Below are positions 45,777-55,532 of a DNA stretch of 61,962 nt, in pieces. How positions within the stretch are numbered: the first letter of the stretch is position 1; the number at the start of each line of letters is the position of its first letter. Source of the stretch: a virus (lineage: Duplodnaviria; Caudoviricetes); the IMG/VR virus record IMGVR_UViG_3300016654_000115, positions 1 to 61,962 of that record; one strand, written 5' to 3'. Under the pieces are notes generated by a model that had not been told where the DNA came from, did not search any database, and saw nothing but the letters and a program-made list of their open reading frames with translations. The position numbers and the translations under genes are program-made.

Positions 45777-48205
45777 TGGCAACTAATCTGATTGAAAAAG
45801 CTCTGTATCCCGCCCCCTTTGGGATTGGGTCTTTGGACGAAGAGCCTATTGAGATTGAGATTGAAAATCCGGAGTCGGTGGAGATTCGGGCGGGAGGAAT
45901 GGAGATTATCCTTGAGCCCGGCAATGAGATTGAGGACCGCTTTGACTCCAATCTGGCAGAAATTCTGGATGAGGGGTCTCTTGGGAAGATTGCCTCTGAA
46001 TTAATTGAGCTTGTTGATGCCGACATCAATTCCAGAAAAGAATGGGCAGAAACCTTTGTCAAGGGGCTAGAGGTTCTTGGTCTTCATTATGAAGAAAGAA
46101 CAGAGCCATGGAATGGGGCCTGCGGGGTTTACAGCGCCATCCTGACTGAGGCGGCTATCAGGTTTCAGTCTGAGTCAATCATGGAGACCTTCCCGGCTTC
46201 CGGGCCCGTCAAGACTGAAATCATTGGAGAGATAGACAAGAAAAAGGAAGATTCGGCCGAAAGGGTCAGGGACGACATGAACTATCGCCTGACAGAAAAA
46301 AATACCGAATATCGCCCGGAGCATGAAAGGCTTCTGTATTCCCTTGGTCTGGCGGGATCGGCCTTCAAAAAGGTTTACTACGACCCATCGATGGGCAGAG
46401 AGACCGCTATTTTTCTTCCGGCGGAGGATGTGATTGTTCCCTATGGGGCGTCCAACCTGAAGAGTGCGGAAAGAGTCACCCACATCATGCGCAAAACAAA
46501 AAATGAAATGCGCAAGATGATGGTTTCAGGATTTTATCGAGACATTGAGTTGGGGGAGCCCATCAATATTCTTTCCGACATTGATAAGAAAAAGGCAGAA
46601 CAACAAGGATATCGCGCATCCGATGACAACCGCTATCAAATTCTTGAAATTCATGCTGATTTGGATATTGATGGATTTGAAGATTTAAACGAAGATGGAG
46701 AGCCAACAGAGATTGCCCTGCCATATGTTGTAACTATTGACAGAGGAACAAATAAAGTTTTGGCAATTTACAGAAACTGGGAGGAGGATGATCAACAAAA
46801 GCGCCGAAGAATGCATTTTGTTGATTATTGTTACATCCCGGGCTTTGGTTTTTATGGGATGGGGTTGATCCATATTATAGGTGGGTACGCTAGGGCGGGA
46901 ACATCTTTGATTCGCCAATTGGTTGATGCCGGAACCCTTTCCAATCTGCCCGGCGGGCTCAAGGCAAGGGGGATGAGAATCAAGGGGGATGACACCCCCA
47001 TCGCCCCCGGAGAGTTCAGGGATGTAGATGTGCCCTCCGGAGCCATCAAAGATAACGTAATGACGCTCCCCTACAAGGAGCCTAGCCAAACCCTGCTAAC
47101 TCTTCTCAATCAGATTACCGAGGAGGGCAGAAGGCTTGGATCAATAGGGGAAATGAAGGTTAGCGACATGAGCGCCAACGCTCCAGTTGGCACAACCCTA
47201 GCCCTTCTGGAGAGGCAGCTTAAAACAATGTCGGCGGTTCAGGCCCGAGTCCATTACTCCATGCGTCAAGAGTTTAAATTGCTGAAGAGCCTGATAAGGG
47301 ATTATGCCCCAACACAATATTCATATATTCCCGATGGAGGGGACCGCCGCGCAAAACAGGAAGATTACGACATGGTGGAGGTCATTCCTGTTTCAGACCC
47401 CAACAGCAGCACCATGGCTCAAAGGATTATGCAGTATCAGGCTGTTATTCAATTAGCCAGCCAAGCCCCCCAAATTTATGATTTGCCACAACTCCATAGG
47501 CAAATGATTGAAGTTTTGGGCGTTAAAAATGCCGATAAATTGGTCCCCGTTGAGGATGATATTAAACCCAAGGACCCGATTAGTGAAAACATGGATTTGT
47601 TAACCGGTAAGCCGGTTAGGGCCTTTATCTATCAAGATCAAGATGCCCACATAGTTGCCCATCAAACCTTCATGCAAGACCCGATGATTGCCGCAACGAT
47701 TGGGCAAAACCCAATGGCTCAAAAAATCCAAGCCGCAATCATGTCCCATATTGCGGAACATCTTGCGTTTAAATACAGAAAGGATGTTGAGGATCAGATC
47801 GGGGTTCCTATCCCCCGCCCCGGCGCCGAACTTCCCGAGGATGTTGAGGTTGATCTCTCAAGATTGGTCTCTCTTGGGGCGCAGCAGCTTCTACAGAAAA
47901 ACACCGCTCAGGCTCAACAAGCCCAAGCCCAGCAACAAATGCAAGACCCCCTCGTCCAAATGCAACAGGCAGAGCTTCAGATTAAAGCTCAAGAGGCCCA
48001 GACAAAAGCTCAAAAGGTTGTGTCTGATTCTCAATTGGCACAAGCAAAACTACAACTTGAGACACAAAAAGCTCAAGCTCAAATTGCCGCTGAATCACAA
48101 AGGATTCAAACCCAACAACAAATCGAGATGGCCCGCCTTCAACAACAAGAAAAGCGCGATAACCAAAAGGTTCAGGTAGATATATTTAAACGAGGCAACA
48201 AATGA
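45776..48205 (+). CDS. Portal protein
   Basis: 809 aa after TerL; GS.FKKVY, GFYG.G, Gln-rich C-terminal coil. Confidence 0.85.
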   Translation: MATNLIEKALYPAPFGIGSLDEEPIEIEIENPESVEIRAGGMEIILEPGNEIEDRFDSNLAEILDEGSLGKIASELIELVDADINSRKEWAETFVKGLEVLGLHYEERTEPWNGACGVYSAILTEAAIRFQSESIMETFPASGPVKTEIIGEIDKKKEDSAERVRDDMNYRLTEKNTEYRPEHERLLYSLGLAGSAFKKVYYDPSMGRETAIFLPAEDVIVPYGASNLKSAERVTHIMRKTKNEMRKMMVSGFYRDIELGEPINILSDIDKKKAEQQGYRASDDNRYQILEIHADLDIDGFEDLNEDGEPTEIALPYVVTIDRGTNKVLAIYRNWEEDDQQKRRRMHFVDYCYIPGFGFYGMGLIHIIGGYARAGTSLIRQLVDAGTLSNLPGGLKARGMRIKGDDTPIAPGEFRDVDVPSGAIKDNVMTLPYKEPSQTLLTLLNQITEEGRRLGSIGEMKVSDMSANAPVGTTLALLERQLKTMSAVQARVHYSMRQEFKLLKSLIRDYAPTQYSYIPDGGDRRAKQEDYDMVEVIPVSDPNSSTMAQRIMQYQAVIQLASQAPQIYDLPQLHRQMIEVLGVKNADKLVPVEDDIKPKDPISENMDLLTGKPVRAFIYQDQDAHIVAHQTFMQDPMIAATIGQNPMAQKIQAAIMSHIAEHLAFKYRKDVEDQIGVPIPRPGAELPEDVEVDLSRLVSLGAQQLLQKNTAQAQQAQAQQQMQDPLVQMQQAELQIKAQEAQTKAQKVVSDSQLAQAKLQLETQKAQAQIAAESQRIQTQQQIEMARLQQQEKRDNQKVQVDIFKRGNK

Positions 48206-48405
48206 ACGAAGATGCTCGATTGTTAATTATTGTTTTGAATCAAATAAAAGAGAGAGAGTCAATACTCTCTGAAAGACTTGTATTGGGGGGCGCAAAAGAT
48301 TTCCCCGAATATCGAGAATTGTGCGGCAACATTCAGGGTCTGTTGTTTGCTCAATCCATAATCCAAGACCTTGTACGTAAACTGGAGCAAATTGACAATG
48401 ACTGA
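48202..48405 (+). CDS. Conserved small head-region protein
   Basis: L..G...D..EYR..CG.I.GL. Confidence 0.65.
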   Translation: MNEDARLLIIVLNQIKERESILSERLVLGGAKDFPEYRELCGNIQGLLFAQSIIQDLVRKLEQIDND

Positions 48406-48799
48406 ACTTCTAGTGAGTCAGGACGGAAAAACAACCACCTCACTGCCTACGTCGGCGGAAGAAAAGGCAAAACAATTGCCCGATCCTGCCACGTACCATC
48501 TTCTGTGCGTCCTGCCAGAGGCGGAGGAGGAATATGAAAGCGGTTTGGTAAAGGCCGGGCAAACTCTTCATTATGAGGAGGTTCTTTCGCCAGTTTTGTT
48601 TGTGGTGAAGGTCGGCCCGGATGCCTACAAAGACGAGAAAAGATTTCCATCTGGCCCGTCTTGCAAGGTTGGGGATTTTGTGTTGGTTAGACCCAACACA
48701 GGAACCCGCATAAAAATTCATGGCAAAGAGTTCCGCATTATCAATGATGATAGTGTGGAGGCCGTGGTTGAAGACCCCCGTGGCGTTTCCCGGGCCTAA
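48398..48799 (+). CDS. GroES-like co-chaperonin
   Basis: P....LL, SGL, V.KVGP, CKVGD.V, G..I...G.E.RIINDD.V.AVV. Confidence 0.8.
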   Translation: MTELLVSQDGKTTTSLPTSAEEKAKQLPDPATYHLLCVLPEAEEEYESGLVKAGQTLHYEEVLSPVLFVVKVGPDAYKDEKRFPSGPSCKVGDFVLVRPNTGTRIKIHGKEFRIINDDSVEAVVEDPRGVSRA

Positions 48800-48809
48800 G
48801 GAGTAAATC

Positions 48810-49784
48810 ATGGCAGAAAACACTACCTTTGAATTTCCAGACGAGATTGAAGAAAAAAAATCGCCCGCTGGCAAAAAATCCCAAGAATTAACCGAATCCA
48901 ATTCGGCTCCAGAGATTGAAATTGTTGACGACACCCCGGAGGAAGATCGTGGCCGGGCACCAATGTCAACCCCTCCACAAGAGCCAACAGATGAGGAGTT
49001 GCTCAATTACAGCCGGGAGGACCGGGCGCAAAAAATTCGTGAGTTCACCAAGGGATATCATGAGGAAAGGCGGGCAAAGGAAGCCGCCCTGCGCGAACGT
49101 GAGCAGGCAATTGAAATTGCCAAGGCGGTTATGGCAGAAAATCAACGCCTAAAGGGGACCGTTGATCAAAGCCAAGCCGTTTTAATTGAGCAGGCAAAGC
49201 GAGTTGTTTCACAAGAAATTGAAGAGGCAAGACGCAAATACAAAGAAGCTTATGAGAGCGGGGACGCCGACGCCCTCGTTTCCGCACAAGAAGAATTGAC
49301 CTCCGCCAAACTAAAGGCGGATAAAGTAAATCATTGGAAACCACAGCCCTCTTTACAACAAGAGAAAAATGCTGTACAAACTCCAACAGCCGCGCCACCG
49401 CCGGTTATTAAGCCTGACCCCAAGGCAGAAAATTGGCAACGAGCCAATGAATGGTTTGGACAGGATAAAGAAATGACCGCCTTTGCTTTGGCGGTTCATG
49501 ATCGGTTGGTGAACGAGGATCGAATTGATCCAACAAGCGACGAATACTATCGACGCCTTGACGGCAGGTTACGCCAAGTGTTCGCAGATAAGTTTGATTC
49601 TGCTGAACCCGCTGATACGAGACAGCGCCCCAAATCAAACGTGGTCGCTTCTGCAACGCGCAGCACCGCGCCCAAGAAGATTACGTTATCTTCATCGGAA
49701 GTGGCTATTGCCAAGCGGCTTGGTATTCCTTTGGAACGCTATGCCCGCGAAGTTGTGGTTTTGAGGAGAAATACAAATGGATGA
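48810..49784 (+). CDS. Scaffolding protein
   Basis: Acidic N-terminus, coiled coil, W...N.WFG, AKRLG.P.E.YA end. Confidence 0.7.
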   Translation: MAENTTFEFPDEIEEKKSPAGKKSQELTESNSAPEIEIVDDTPEEDRGRAPMSTPPQEPTDEELLNYSREDRAQKIREFTKGYHEERRAKEAALREREQAIEIAKAVMAENQRLKGTVDQSQAVLIEQAKRVVSQEIEEARRKYKEAYESGDADALVSAQEELTSAKLKADKVNHWKPQPSLQQEKNAVQTPTAAPPPVIKPDPKAENWQRANEWFGQDKEMTAFALAVHDRLVNEDRIDPTSDEYYRRLDGRLRQVFADKFDSAEPADTRQRPKSNVVASATRSTAPKKITLSSSEVAIAKRLGIPLERYAREVVVLRRNTNG

Positions 49785-50238
49785 GACGGAAAAGCAAAAG
49801 CGGGCACCCCGCGAAATGGAAAACAGAGAGTCAAGCATGCGTCCCACAAGCTGGACGCCACCCACTCTTTTGCCAGAGCCCGAACGGGAAATGGGGTGGA
49901 GTTACCGCTGGGTTCGAACCAGTACGCTAAATTCTGCCGATCCAACCAATATTTCTACAAAATTCCGCGAGGGATGGGAACCTGTCAAGGCTGCCAGCCA
50001 ACCCAAACTCCGTTTCCTGAACAACCCAAATGGGCGGTTTCCGGAAGGAATCGAGATTGGCGGTCTGCTTTTATGCAAAACCCCAACTGAATTTACTGAA
50101 CAGAGAAATGAATACTATCAAAAGGTGTCAGATTCTCAAATGTTGTCGGTAGATAACAGTTTTATGCGCCAAAGTGATGCCCGAATGCCTCTGTTCAAGG
50201 AGAGGAATTCCAAGGTGACTCTAGGCAAAACCATTTAA
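49777..50238 (+). CDS. Conserved head-module protein
   Basis: W.PP..LP, YRWVR, REGWEPV, GGLLLCK. Confidence 0.65.
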   Translation: MDETEKQKRAPREMENRESSMRPTSWTPPTLLPEPEREMGWSYRWVRTSTLNSADPTNISTKFREGWEPVKAASQPKLRFLNNPNGRFPEGIEIGGLLLCKTPTEFTEQRNEYYQKVSDSQMLSVDNSFMRQSDARMPLFKERNSKVTLGKTI

Positions 50239-50254
50239 ATTTTAGGAGTTAAAC

Positions 50255-51136
50255 ATGGCATACCCCAGTGTTGACGCCCCCTATGGCTTTAAACCCGTCA
50301 ATCGACTTGACGGACTGCCGTATGCGGGTGCAATTCGTCAAATCCCCGTTGCCAATGCATACGCTCAGAACATCTTCTACGGCGACGTAGTTCAGATTTC
50401 TGGCGGAACCATTGTGCGTTCCTCGTACACCCCCGCTACTTCACCAACCACGCCTATTGACGGCACCGTTGGCGTTTTTGTTGGGTGTTCGTACACCAGC
50501 CCATCTACCGGGCAAAAACTGTTTGCTCAGTACTACCCGGCAAGCACCGCCGCAAACGACATCATGGCGTTTGTTGTGGATGACCCGCGCGCACTGTTTA
50601 AAGCAGTTGTTACTACCCAAAGCACTTCGCTGGCTAACACCAGCACCACTGTGGGCTACATGAACCCGGCCTATGTCGGTTCCAATGCATACCAAATTGG
50701 TGGCGGCGGCGGCGTGTCGGGCAGCACCATTACTGGTGATTCGGCGTTTTCTGTGTCTGGTGGGGCAGTGTCTTCTGGCACCGCAGGTACTGGCGCTCGG
50801 GTAACGACCGCCGCTCCGTTCCGGGTTGTTGGTGTGGTTCCTGAGACTGCTGTGACTCTTTCGGGCACTGGCAGCACCTCTGGTTCTAGCGCAACCGTGA
50901 CCCTGACCGCCGCTGTGACTGGCCTCAAGCCCGGTATGCAGTTGATCTGCCCGACCGGAACTGGAACGCTTGCTGGTAACTATTCGACCGTGATCAACGT
51001 GGCAACCACCACGCTGACCTTGGCTTCGGCAGTTACTCTGGCTTCTGGTTCGTCGCTGTCCTTCGTGGGCTACCCCGAAGTTCTGGTGGCATGGAACGGC
51101 AATTTCCATTCCTACAACAACACTACCGGTGTTTAA
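50255..51136 (+). CDS. Capsid-associated/decoration protein
   Basis: APYG.KPV, IFYGD.V, GVF.GC.Y, V.DDP; precedes the capsid gene. Confidence 0.6.
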   Translation: MAYPSVDAPYGFKPVNRLDGLPYAGAIRQIPVANAYAQNIFYGDVVQISGGTIVRSSYTPATSPTTPIDGTVGVFVGCSYTSPSTGQKLFAQYYPASTAANDIMAFVVDDPRALFKAVVTTQSTSLANTSTTVGYMNPAYVGSNAYQIGGGGGVSGSTITGDSAFSVSGGAVSSGTAGTGARVTTAAPFRVVGVVPETAVTLSGTGSTSGSSATVTLTAAVTGLKPGMQLICPTGTGTLAGNYSTVINVATTTLTLASAVTLASGSSLSFVGYPEVLVAWNGNFHSYNNTTGV

Positions 51137-51146
51137 GGAGTAAATC

Positions 51147-52058
51147 ATGGCAATTTCTCGTGCCCAACTACTGAAAGAGCTTCTTCCCGGCCTGAACGCC
51201 CTGTTTGGTCTGGAGTACGCCCGTTACGGCGAGGAGCATAAGGAAATCTACGAAACCGAAACCTCGGAGCGTAGCTTTGAAGAGGAAACCAAGCTGTCGG
51301 GTTTCTCTGCTGCACCTGTCAAAAACGAAGGCGCTGCCATCGCTTACGACAATGCACAGGAAGCATGGACTGCGCGGTACAACCACGAAACCATCGCCAT
51401 GGGTTTCTCAATTACCGAAGAGGCAATTGAGGACAACCTTTATGACAGCCTCTCGGCTCGTTATACCAAGGCTCTGGCCCGGGCGATGTCGTACACCAAG
51501 CAGGTCAAGGCTGCCGCAGTTTTGAACTATGGGTTTAACGGCGCCGTTACCTACGGCGACGGCCAGCCCCTGTTCTCAACCGCGCATCCGCTGATCTCTG
51601 GTGGCACCAACAGCAACACGCCATCCACCGCCGCCGACCTGAATGAAACTTCTCTTGAGAATGCTGTCATTCAGATCGCCGCTTGGACGGATGAACGTGG
51701 TCTGCTGATCGCCGCTAAACCGCGTAAGTTGATCGTGCCCCCGGCACTGATGTTTGTTGCGACCCGACTGCTGGAGACTGAACTCCGCGTGGCGACCGCC
51801 GACAACGACATCAGCGCGCTCAAGAATAACGGCTCTATCCCCGAGGGTTATACCGTTAATCACTTCTTGACCGACACCAACGCTTGGTTCCTGACCACGG
51901 ATGTCCCCAACGGCCTGAAGCATTTCGTGCGTACTCCGCTGCAAAACAGCATGGACGGCGACTTTGACACCGGCAATGTCCGCTACAAGGCGCGTGAGCG
52001 TTATTCGTTTGGCGTGTCTGATCCGCTTGGTATTTACGGCTCTCCGGGCGCCTCCTGA
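51147..52058 (+). CDS. Major capsid protein
   Basis: MAISRAQL.KEL.PGLNALFG...RERYSFG.SDP; strong codon bias; followed by a terminator. Confidence 0.88.
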   Translation: MAISRAQLLKELLPGLNALFGLEYARYGEEHKEIYETETSERSFEEETKLSGFSAAPVKNEGAAIAYDNAQEAWTARYNHETIAMGFSITEEAIEDNLYDSLSARYTKALARAMSYTKQVKAAAVLNYGFNGAVTYGDGQPLFSTAHPLISGGTNSNTPSTAADLNETSLENAVIQIAAWTDERGLLIAAKPRKLIVPPALMFVATRLLETELRVATADNDISALKNNGSIPEGYTVNHFLTDTNAWFLTTDVPNGLKHFVRTPLQNSMDGDFDTGNVRYKARERYSFGVSDPLGIYGSPGAS

Positions 52059-52076
52059 GTTCTGTAGCAACCAAGT

Positions 52077-52106
52077 AAACGGGGGCCTTGTGCCCCCGTT
52101 TCTTTT
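52077..52106 (+). terminator. Intrinsic terminator after the capsid gene
   Basis: GGGGGC-CTTGT-GCCCCC then GTTTCTTTT. Confidence 0.8.
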
Positions 52107-52166
52107 CTGTCATTTTTATGGTGTATGCTGTTATTGCAGCGCGGTTGCTGCAAATACGGAGGCAAT

Positions 52167-52409
52167 ATGTACAAGCTGGAAATTGACTTTAGCAATTGGG
52201 GCGTGGCTAAGGTTTTGGTTGAGGCAAATGACTTCAACGTGTTGCAAGTCCTGCAAAAGTTTATTGAGTGGCAAATTGACCAAGATTGGCTTGGCGAATA
52301 CGAAACTCTGGAAGACGAGTTTGACGAAGACGAAGAATCCGATGAAGACGAAGAGTCTGACGAGGATGACGAGTTTGAAGAAGAGTCTGAAGAAAAAGAT
52401 AGCAAATAA
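52167..52409 (+). CDS. 80-aa highly acidic protein
   Basis: RBS GGAGG; D/E tract of about 35 aa. Confidence 0.7.
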   Translation: MYKLEIDFSNWGVAKVLVEANDFNVLQVLQKFIEWQIDQDWLGEYETLEDEFDEDEESDEDEESDEDDEFEEESEEKDSK

Positions 52410-52413
52410 GCGC

Positions 52414-52440
52414 AGGGGGCCTTGCGCCCCCTTTTCTTTT
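52414..52440 (+). terminator. Second, near-identical terminator
   Basis: GGGGGC-CTTGC-GCCCCC then TTTTCTTTT. Confidence 0.8.
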
Positions 52441-52459
52441 GCTGTATATTGATCTTATT

Positions 52460-52535
52460 CCGGGGTTTCCGGCGTTCTGACAGTCCCGGCTGACGACATG
52501 CAGACAGAGCGCCCACACTATTCGCATGTGAGGAA
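52460..52535 (+). ncRNA. Candidate pseudoknotted (kissing-loop) leader RNA
   Basis: Three interleaved helices, the last abutting the RBS. Confidence 0.5.
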
Positions 52536-52537
52536 TC

Positions 52538-53056
52538 ATGGCTAATACGACCTTCACCGGGCCGGTTCGTTCCCAGAACGGCTTTCAATCTGTGTCTGTT
52601 AACAGCACCACCGGCGCTGTTACCACCACCGCAACCTTTGACGCAACTACTAGCGTCACCAATCTGACCACAACCAATCTGGTTGTTACGGATCAGAACC
52701 ACCCATCTACTGCGGCTATCAACGCTACAGCAACCGCAACCGCCGCGCAAGTAGCTACCGGCTACATAACTTCAACTTCGGCGGCAGCAACCACCATTAC
52801 GCTACCCACCGGCACCGACTTGGGAACTCAACTTGGAGCGACCCGAGGCACCGTCCTTGAGTTGTATATTGACAACACCGCTGGTGCAAACACTGTGACT
52901 ATTGCAGTTAACACCAATGCAGTTCTGTCTTCTGCCGCTGTGGATACCGCCGCCTCTTTTGGTGATCTGACTATTGCGTCGGGCGCAACTGGGTTGGCGC
53001 GGTACACCATCATGTTCTCCAGCGCCACGGCATACGCATTTACCCGTACCGCTTAA
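52538..53056 (+). CDS. Virion structural protein (Thr/Ala-rich)
   Basis: MA.TTF.GPVRS.NGF; TITLP. Confidence 0.6.
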   Translation: MANTTFTGPVRSQNGFQSVSVNSTTGAVTTTATFDATTSVTNLTTTNLVVTDQNHPSTAAINATATATAAQVATGYITSTSAAATTITLPTGTDLGTQLGATRGTVLELYIDNTAGANTVTIAVNTNAVLSSAAVDTAASFGDLTIASGATGLARYTIMFSSATAYAFTRTA

Positions 53057-53071
53057 TAGGAGCGCATCGCC

Positions 53072-53353
53072 ATGATGCAAACTGATGTCAAGTCCGGGTA
53101 CGTAGCGTCCTCGGCAACGGTCTTCAATGGTCGAACGCGGCTTAAGGGATTGCTTGTAACCCCCGGATCGGCAGCAGGTACTGTTGTTGTAAAAGACGGG
53201 GGCAGCGGCGGGACGACGTTAATCTCTACCGCCACAGTAAGTGGCGGAACCCCATTTTCGGCTGTCATTCCCGGAGAAGGGGTTTTGTGCCAAACCAACC
53301 TGTACGTTGCTGTAACCGGTGCCGACACAACGGCGGTGGTGTTCTATGGCTAG
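53072..53353 (+). CDS. Small virion protein
   Basis: MQTDVK...R.KG...IPGEG. Confidence 0.6.
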   Translation: MMQTDVKSGYVASSATVFNGRTRLKGLLVTPGSAAGTVVVKDGGSGGTTLISTATVSGGTPFSAVIPGEGVLCQTNLYVAVTGADTTAVVFYG

Positions 53354-53597
53354 CCCCGCATGGACTCGCAAGGAAGGCAAAAACCCCAAGGGCGGACTCA
53401 ACGCCAAGGGCCGAGCCTCCTACAACAAAGCCAATCCGGGCAAGCCGGGTCTAAAGCCTCCTCAACCAGAAGGCGGCTCACGCCGCGACTCTTTCTGTGC
53501 GAGGATGAAAGGTATGAAGAAGAAATTGACTTCTTCCAAAACTGCAAACGACCCCAATTCCCGGATTAACAAAAGTCTACGGGCATGGAACTGCTAA
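53346..53597 (+). CDS. Basic conserved phage protein (DUF6321-like)
   Basis: GGLNAKGR...RR.SFCARM...SRINKSLR.W.C. Confidence 0.7.
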   Translation: MASPAWTRKEGKNPKGGLNAKGRASYNKANPGKPGLKPPQPEGGSRRDSFCARMKGMKKKLTSSKTANDPNSRINKSLRAWNC

Positions 53598-53598
53598 C

Positions 53599-53811
53599 AT
53601 GAAACACGAAAATGTTGAACTGATAAAGCAGGTGGGGGACGGCCTTTCTGTAGTTACAGCAATTGGCACCCTTATGCAGCTACTTCCGGCAGTTGCGGCC
53701 TTGTTCACAATTATTTGGACGGGCATGCGGATTGCCGAAATGGTGACCGGCAAAGAGTTTTCTGTGCTGATTGGTTGGAAGAAAGGGTCTTCCGATGCCG
53801 AGCAAGAGTAA
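53599..53811 (+). CDS. Small membrane protein
   Basis: LP.VAALFTIIWT..RI.E. Confidence 0.6.
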   Translation: MKHENVELIKQVGDGLSVVTAIGTLMQLLPAVAALFTIIWTGMRIAEMVTGKEFSVLIGWKKGSSDAEQE

Positions 53812-54190
53812 AGCACAACACAATCTGATGGCGATGGTTTCAAATGACCCCGCCGCAGCAAAGCGCCTTGGCATACCCCAAAAGGTTGGCAAGGAATTTA
53901 TGGAGGCCGATAAGGGCCGCAAGTTTGCAAAAGGTGGCGAAATGAAAGAGTCCAAGTCAATGATGAAAAAAGAAATTGGTTTCATGAAAAATAAAGGCGC
54001 TCCTAAGTCCATGATCAAACATGAGATGAAGGAGGCTGGCATGAAAAAGGGCGGCTACGCGATGGCTGGCGGCGGCATGACCAAAATGGGCGCAGTTAAA
54101 ACCGCAGCCCCGAGCCGCGACGGTGTTGCTACCAAAGGCAAAACCAAAGGCACCATGATCAAGATGAACAAGGGCGGCCGCTCTTGTTAA
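53795..54190 (+). CDS. Lys/Met-rich basic protein with xxGG motifs
   Basis: MPSKSK.Q...M; DG.A.KGKTKG. Confidence 0.65.
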   Translation: MPSKSKAQHNLMAMVSNDPAAAKRLGIPQKVGKEFMEADKGRKFAKGGEMKESKSMMKKEIGFMKNKGAPKSMIKHEMKEAGMKKGGYAMAGGGMTKMGAVKTAAPSRDGVATKGKTKGTMIKMNKGGRSC

Positions 54191-54199
54191 GGAGCCGTC

Positions 54200-55318
54200 A
54201 TGGCTAAAAACAACCGTAAATTTAAACGCTTTGACAAGGGCGGTTTAAGCGAAGAAGAGTATAAACAAAAGGGGCTTGAGGAATCCGGAAAAAAGCCCTC
54301 GGTTAGTTTTCTTCGTCGCTTGATGATGGGCAACATTGATGACCCTCAATCTGAGGCGTATCGTCAATTTGGGGCTGGGCGCGGCAGAGCCCTATCTGTT
54401 CCCATTGAGGACAGAGAATTCACTCCAGTTAGGCGGGATAACACAAATGACGCCGCCAGCGCAACCCCAGCGTCCGCGCCCGGCGCAATTGCAACGCCCG
54501 TGGTTTCGTCCAACGTAAAACCAACAGACAACGGCAACAGCGGCAATGACTACAATGCTTTGGCGGAAGCATATCCAGCACCCGCGCCAGCGCCCGCGCC
54601 AGTTAAACAGGCAGGTTCACCCGCAGGGTCCACAACCAAACCGGATGCTACCGGGCCCTCAAATAAACCTCCGCAGAATCGACCGGCCCAAGCGGCCAGT
54701 CGGGGCATAGGCCAAAAGACATACAACAGAACAGGTGGAGAGGGCTACGGGGAAAGACAGGCCTATATACAGGCAAAGGAAGCAGAGCGCATTGCCGATA
54801 TGCTTCGCAACCCGGAGCGACAGGCTATTCAAAGGGTGACGCCGGAAGAGAATTTGATTGGGGGCCCCGGGCTGAAAGCAGTTGGTGCTCTTGCCAAAAA
54901 ATTAGCGAAGCCACCCGCCCCCGCTCGTGATCGAATTGAACCTGAATTTTTACGTGAATACATACAGCCCTTGTTGCCCGGTCGCAAAAAACAAGAATTG
55001 CTAGAGGGCCCCGGTAATCTTCCTCGACTTTCAGGCCCCGGCAATGTTCCGCGCCTTCCGGCACCTCCCAAGCGCCTTTCGGGCCCGGGGGAGAGGCCAA
55101 GACAAACAGACCCCGGGAAAATAAAAAGCGAACCTCCCGCCGTTAAAAAACAAGGGGAGGCGGCAAAAAAAAGAACTAGAAAATTTAACGAGGATGAAGA
55201 TGGAGTTGAATTTAAACAAGGCGGGAAAGTTAAAAAGCCTGAGCCAAAAGTTACAATGGCATCTCGTCGAGGTGATGGCATTGCCCTGAGGGGCAAAACC
55301 CGTGGAGGTAGTTACTAA
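54200..55318 (+). CDS. Low-complexity protein with xxGG motifs
   Basis: FDKGG, FKQGG, RGDGIA.RGKTRG. Confidence 0.6.
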   Translation: MAKNNRKFKRFDKGGLSEEEYKQKGLEESGKKPSVSFLRRLMMGNIDDPQSEAYRQFGAGRGRALSVPIEDREFTPVRRDNTNDAASATPASAPGAIATPVVSSNVKPTDNGNSGNDYNALAEAYPAPAPAPAPVKQAGSPAGSTTKPDATGPSNKPPQNRPAQAASRGIGQKTYNRTGGEGYGERQAYIQAKEAERIADMLRNPERQAIQRVTPEENLIGGPGLKAVGALAKKLAKPPAPARDRIEPEFLREYIQPLLPGRKKQELLEGPGNLPRLSGPGNVPRLPAPPKRLSGPGERPRQTDPGKIKSEPPAVKKQGEAAKKRTRKFNEDEDGVEFKQGGKVKKPEPKVTMASRRGDGIALRGKTRGGSY

Positions 55319-55530
55319 TGTCGCGCCCTACTCAACAAGAGATTGACGACATTCGCAATCAAAGAAAAATTGATGAGGCTTATGAGAAGTCTCTGACATC
55401 TCCGGAAATGGTTAATCCTCCGCCCCCCAAAAAACCGGCAAAAGACCCGGTTAAGAAGGCAAGTGGTGGTTATGTCAGGGCGGCAGATGGTTGCTGCAAA
55501 AAGGGCAAAACTCGCGGGAAGATGGTGTAA
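55318..55530 (+). CDS. Small basic protein
   Basis: KASGG, ADGCCKKGKTRGK. Confidence 0.6.
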   Translation: MSRPTQQEIDDIRNQRKIDEAYEKSLTSPEMVNPPPPKKPAKDPVKKASGGYVRAADGCCKKGKTRGKMV

Positions 55531-55532
55531 CT

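Noticed and set aside
52490-52496. CTGACGA resembles the hammerhead ribozyme core
   Set aside because: No GAAA element or three-way junction follows
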